Shown: piece after piece, positions 60,497 through 64,000 of the stretch
How positions within the stretch are numbered: the stretch's first letter is position 1
Layout of the letters: each line of letters opens with the position of its first letter
Source of the DNA: Tubulanus polymorphus
Taxonomy: Eukaryota > Animalia > Nemertea
NCBI RefSeq assembly: GCF_964204645.1
Contig: NC_134034.1
Span: 12,102,962 to 12,166,961, forward strand
Direction: 5' to 3'
DNA length: 64,000 nucleotides
Translations under genes and position numbers: made by a program
Notes under the pieces: model-generated
Told to the model about the DNA's origin: nothing
The model's database searches: none
What the model saw: only the letters and a program-made list of their open reading frames with translations

Positions 60497-63400
60497 CTGG
60501 TGTCAGACTACTATGTCTTGAGCGCCAGACTTGTCTTGTAAGTTTATTGTTTCACAAAATCATTTTAGAAGTTTTCGACCAAATTCACTAAAACTCGCGT
60601 GTCCACATTGACCTCAACGATGGAAATGTATGTGATTTGAACTTCCCACGGGTTTTATATGGCCTGGGTTATTACATCATGAAACATGTATTTTTATTCC
60701 ATAAATACACATCCACAGTCTGGCCTATATCAGCGGTTGTTATAATTACTGTTCGCGGCTTTACTCATAAAACCGTATCACTTTCCGTCATTTGTGTTGT
60801 TCAGTTTTTACGATGTCGATCTTTTTTGCAGATGGTTTTCCGCTGTTGGATGGTGTCTCTGGTCCCTGGTGTCGTATATAATCAGTTTATCCGCACATGG
60901 ATCTGGTCACTTTCATCGCGATAAGTTAAGCAGTATGATCATCTGAACAAACAACGTGCAGGGCAGCGGCCCACTTTTAACGATTCATTGATAGATTAAT
61001 CTGTAATTATCTGTTATACAATCATGATTATCCGTTATTATCTTATTATTTCTAATTCCCAATGATTTCGACGATTTGGTCACTATAAATGACGACCTTC
61101 TCATTCTCGATAACTTCAACGATTCAGTAAAAATATGATTAGTTACTTATGACGACCTTCTCATTCTCGATGACTTCAACGATTCAGTAAAATTATGAAA
61201 CGTAAGTCACTAATGACGACCTTCTCATTATCAACAACTTCATCGATTCAGTAAAATTATGATTAGTCAATAATGACGACTTTCTCATACTCGATGAACG
61301 ATTCAGTAAAATTATGATGACTTCAACGATTCAGTAAAATTGGAATTATGATTATACTATAAATGTCGACGGTTCTCAATCTTGGTGACTTGAACGAGTC
61401 AGAAGTTACTGATGTTTCATTCTGACAATATGCATATTACAGTGTTGCATGATAAACGTTATAACAAGATTGGTCCCGAAACAATTCAACTACAACCACA
61501 ACACATTATAATATTCACAGCTTTATAGATCCCTTGCAAAAGTACAGTCCTCCTGCCCTCCCTGAAATTCAAAAGTTACCTGCATACTGCGCCTCACCGT
61601 CAGAAACTTGAAACTCAAAGTTTCAACTCAAGTCGATATTCGATTCGAAACCCTCGGCGAACAAAGTAATGGCAGACTAATACACAACGCCGACAGCAGT
61701 GAGGTGATAGCTATGCCTCATCTGATTATCATGACCTAGAATCCCTCCGCACTAAGCGCGCAAGATCCGGTTGACATCGAGCATTTTTTTTTTACAAATT
61801 GTTGTTGATCTTTTTGTCCTAGATGTTATGAAATCGGTCCAACGCGATGCAAAGAATGGATAGGAAACAGAAACCTACTTACTGTTCATCTGTCAGTCAC
61901 GGAACGAAATGAAAACCGTGTCAACCAGCAAAAATGATTTTCACACCAGGAACCAGTTCTACGATTAATACGAGTTAGAAAAAAAAACTCAATTCAAATT
62001 AAAATATGGAACTGGATTCCACATTTCTGAGTCTAATTAATTTCATGCTTTAATAGTTAAAACATTATAAAGATAAGCTGCTGATATCTCGAAGGGTATC
62101 GCGCAGTGGCCGCGCAAACAAGAGAAGCCGATTGCGACAATAGAAACAATTTTGGGAGAGGGGAATAATATTGGCGCGGCTTCTCTCTCTCTCTCTCTGC
62201 GATGACGCCGGTATAAAAACGGTTTCCCGGTTGGTTCTAAAGAATCGAGTTTTCTTTGCGAATTCCTTTATTTACCTCGCTTTTATACGGGGATTAGATT
62301 CATAGTGAATTAAAACGCAAACAAAACCGCCGCCAGCAACTCGATGGAGACTGAAACGGAGGGAGGGAGGAGACGGAGAGGGCATGGGGGGAATTTTTAC
62401 GCCCCATTCAAAAACGAGCATGATATCGTTCGAGGGCATGAGTCGTTTCGCGGCGGCGCAGTTGGGGTAATTTTTAATGGGCCTCGTCGTCGTTACGCCG
62501 GTAACGCGACGGGTTCGTGAAAGAACGCGCGCGCCGATCATCATAGCGCCTCATTCGGCGTTGTCGTTTCGAAAACAGAAATTCCTCAGCGGACGGTGAC
62601 GACGAGACTCTTCCGAGAGACGATCTTAATTTCGACTGCCGCTCGCTGCGAACAACAAGAATTCGAGTCGGTGACACACGATTTAGTTCAAAGCAGTCGC
62701 GGAGAAAATATTCCGGCAGCCTTAGAACTTCAGAACCAGGCAACAAGCTAATTACCGATTGAGTGGAGAGAACGACCGTTAAGAAGGCTAACTGTATATC
62801 GAAACTAGTTGGGAACGCGTGGCCGGATTTGTTTCATCGGCGCAATCGAGGCAGCTAAGAAAAAAAAAATCTCAAAGGACATCAAAACGACAATTATGAT
62901 TCTGTACGGGTTTTTTTTTCTGTAAAAGTAACATGACATTTAAAGATGGCCGACGGTCTTCAGAAGTTCTGTCGGTTTGAAAGTGAATGAAAGAAGGTTT
63001 TTACGTCGTTTATTAAGTAGGTTAATTTCGAAGAGCATTTCCCGGCGGGCTTTTGAAGGCAAACATGAAAATGAATTATTTTGTTTATCTCTCCTTTAAA
63101 ACTACACTCTAGTTGTACTAAATCTTGTCTTCCCCGCGCAATGTCTTCTCAAATGTATTACCTTATATTTAGCCATTAATCTTTAAATCTCGTAAAAAGT
63201 TTCATACGAAAAATCGTATCGTCGTCGTTCTAGAAAATGTCATCGGGTTCGAATCCCGGATTATCGTACGCGATAACGAAAATAATTTTCTGACGCCGAA
63301 AAAAATAAATGCAATCTATTTTCTGAATGCGCTCATGACGTCTGACGTTCGGTAATCAATTCCAGTAGAAAGTAGAGCTGAGTATTCGCAGACAGCAGCG

Positions 63401-64000
63401 CGTCATCTGACATTTTGACGTAACAATATCGTCATTTTCAACCGGTACATATTCATGCCCGGATTGTGTGTATATTATACATCCTACGCAGAAATTAATT
63501 AGCGATAATCGATCTTTGATCGGACGCGATCGCTATTCCAAGCTCAATGACCCGGGGTTCGACCTCGATCTTCATTCGCCGCGCCGTGTACGGATAAGAC
63601 CGCAAGCGGGATCGATTTGATCGGGTTCGAGTCCTTTAATTCGTTTGTTCTTGGTATTCGAAACTTCTTCATTTTCTGTTATACCACTGGGGCATGTCAC
63701 TGATAAATTGGTTAGAGTTAACCAGTGGATAATTCATTGTTACTACGGTATCTATCCGCCGGTACGCGGTTATCTTTAACCAATTTTTGAACAAAAATAA
63801 TAGGCCCAGAGTGTTTACCGACAGCTAAGTTCAATCGCAAACCTTCGGGAATCTCCGGAAAGCACGAATGATCTACGAACCGAGATTCTCGACATCGGAA
63901 AACGTCGTTAAACATCGGAAATATCCGAGACTTTCACATCCGTATCCTGTCTATATATTTCACTATTGTGATAATTTCTACAGATCATCAGCTCGAAAGA

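Noticed and set aside
53747-64000. Search for the signal-peptide exon of the GPCR (candidate donors near 55601, 59076, 61579, 62275)
   Set aside because: Each has an in-frame stop close upstream in phase 0 or lacks a hydrophobic core. The exon is probably outside the window or was missed.

Overview
Intron-rich animal genomic DNA, probably an invertebrate; the species cannot be determined from the sequence. Most ORFs in the supplied track are noise, so the genes below were rebuilt by hand from GT-AG junctions and exon phase. (A) Minus strand, 21710->10393, 22 coding exons, 927 aa: signal peptide, 3 fibronectin type II (FN2) and 17 EGF modules. Two EGFs carry long loop inserts with basic cleavage sites, and the protein ends ...YRGFGW-GRKRR*. 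(B) Plus strand, head-to-head paralogue, 24172->27844, 9 coding exons, 372 aa: SP-FN2-EGF-FN2-EGF-EGF-FN2-EGF-EGF, ending ...ERAF-GR*. Both C-termini look like amidation signals. (C) Minus strand class B (calcitonin/CGRP/DH31-type) GPCR from 53746, first exon not found. It has two duplicated alternative last exons, 32652-32861 and 30221-30640; the latter ends in a PDZ-type -SSV. (D) A possible small secreted precursor at 5978->4719 with furin/dibasic sites and a weak PACAP/VIP-like stretch. The strongest non-coding signal is an intronic tandem array of eight 67-69 nt minimal type I hammerhead ribozymes (14146-14770), preceded by an inverted partial copy, as seen in Penelope-like elements and retrozymes. 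The remainder is MITEs (TAA/TTA, CWG and TA target duplications), LINE fragments, micro- and minisatellites (one derived from a LINE RT motif), palindromes and CTCF-like motifs.
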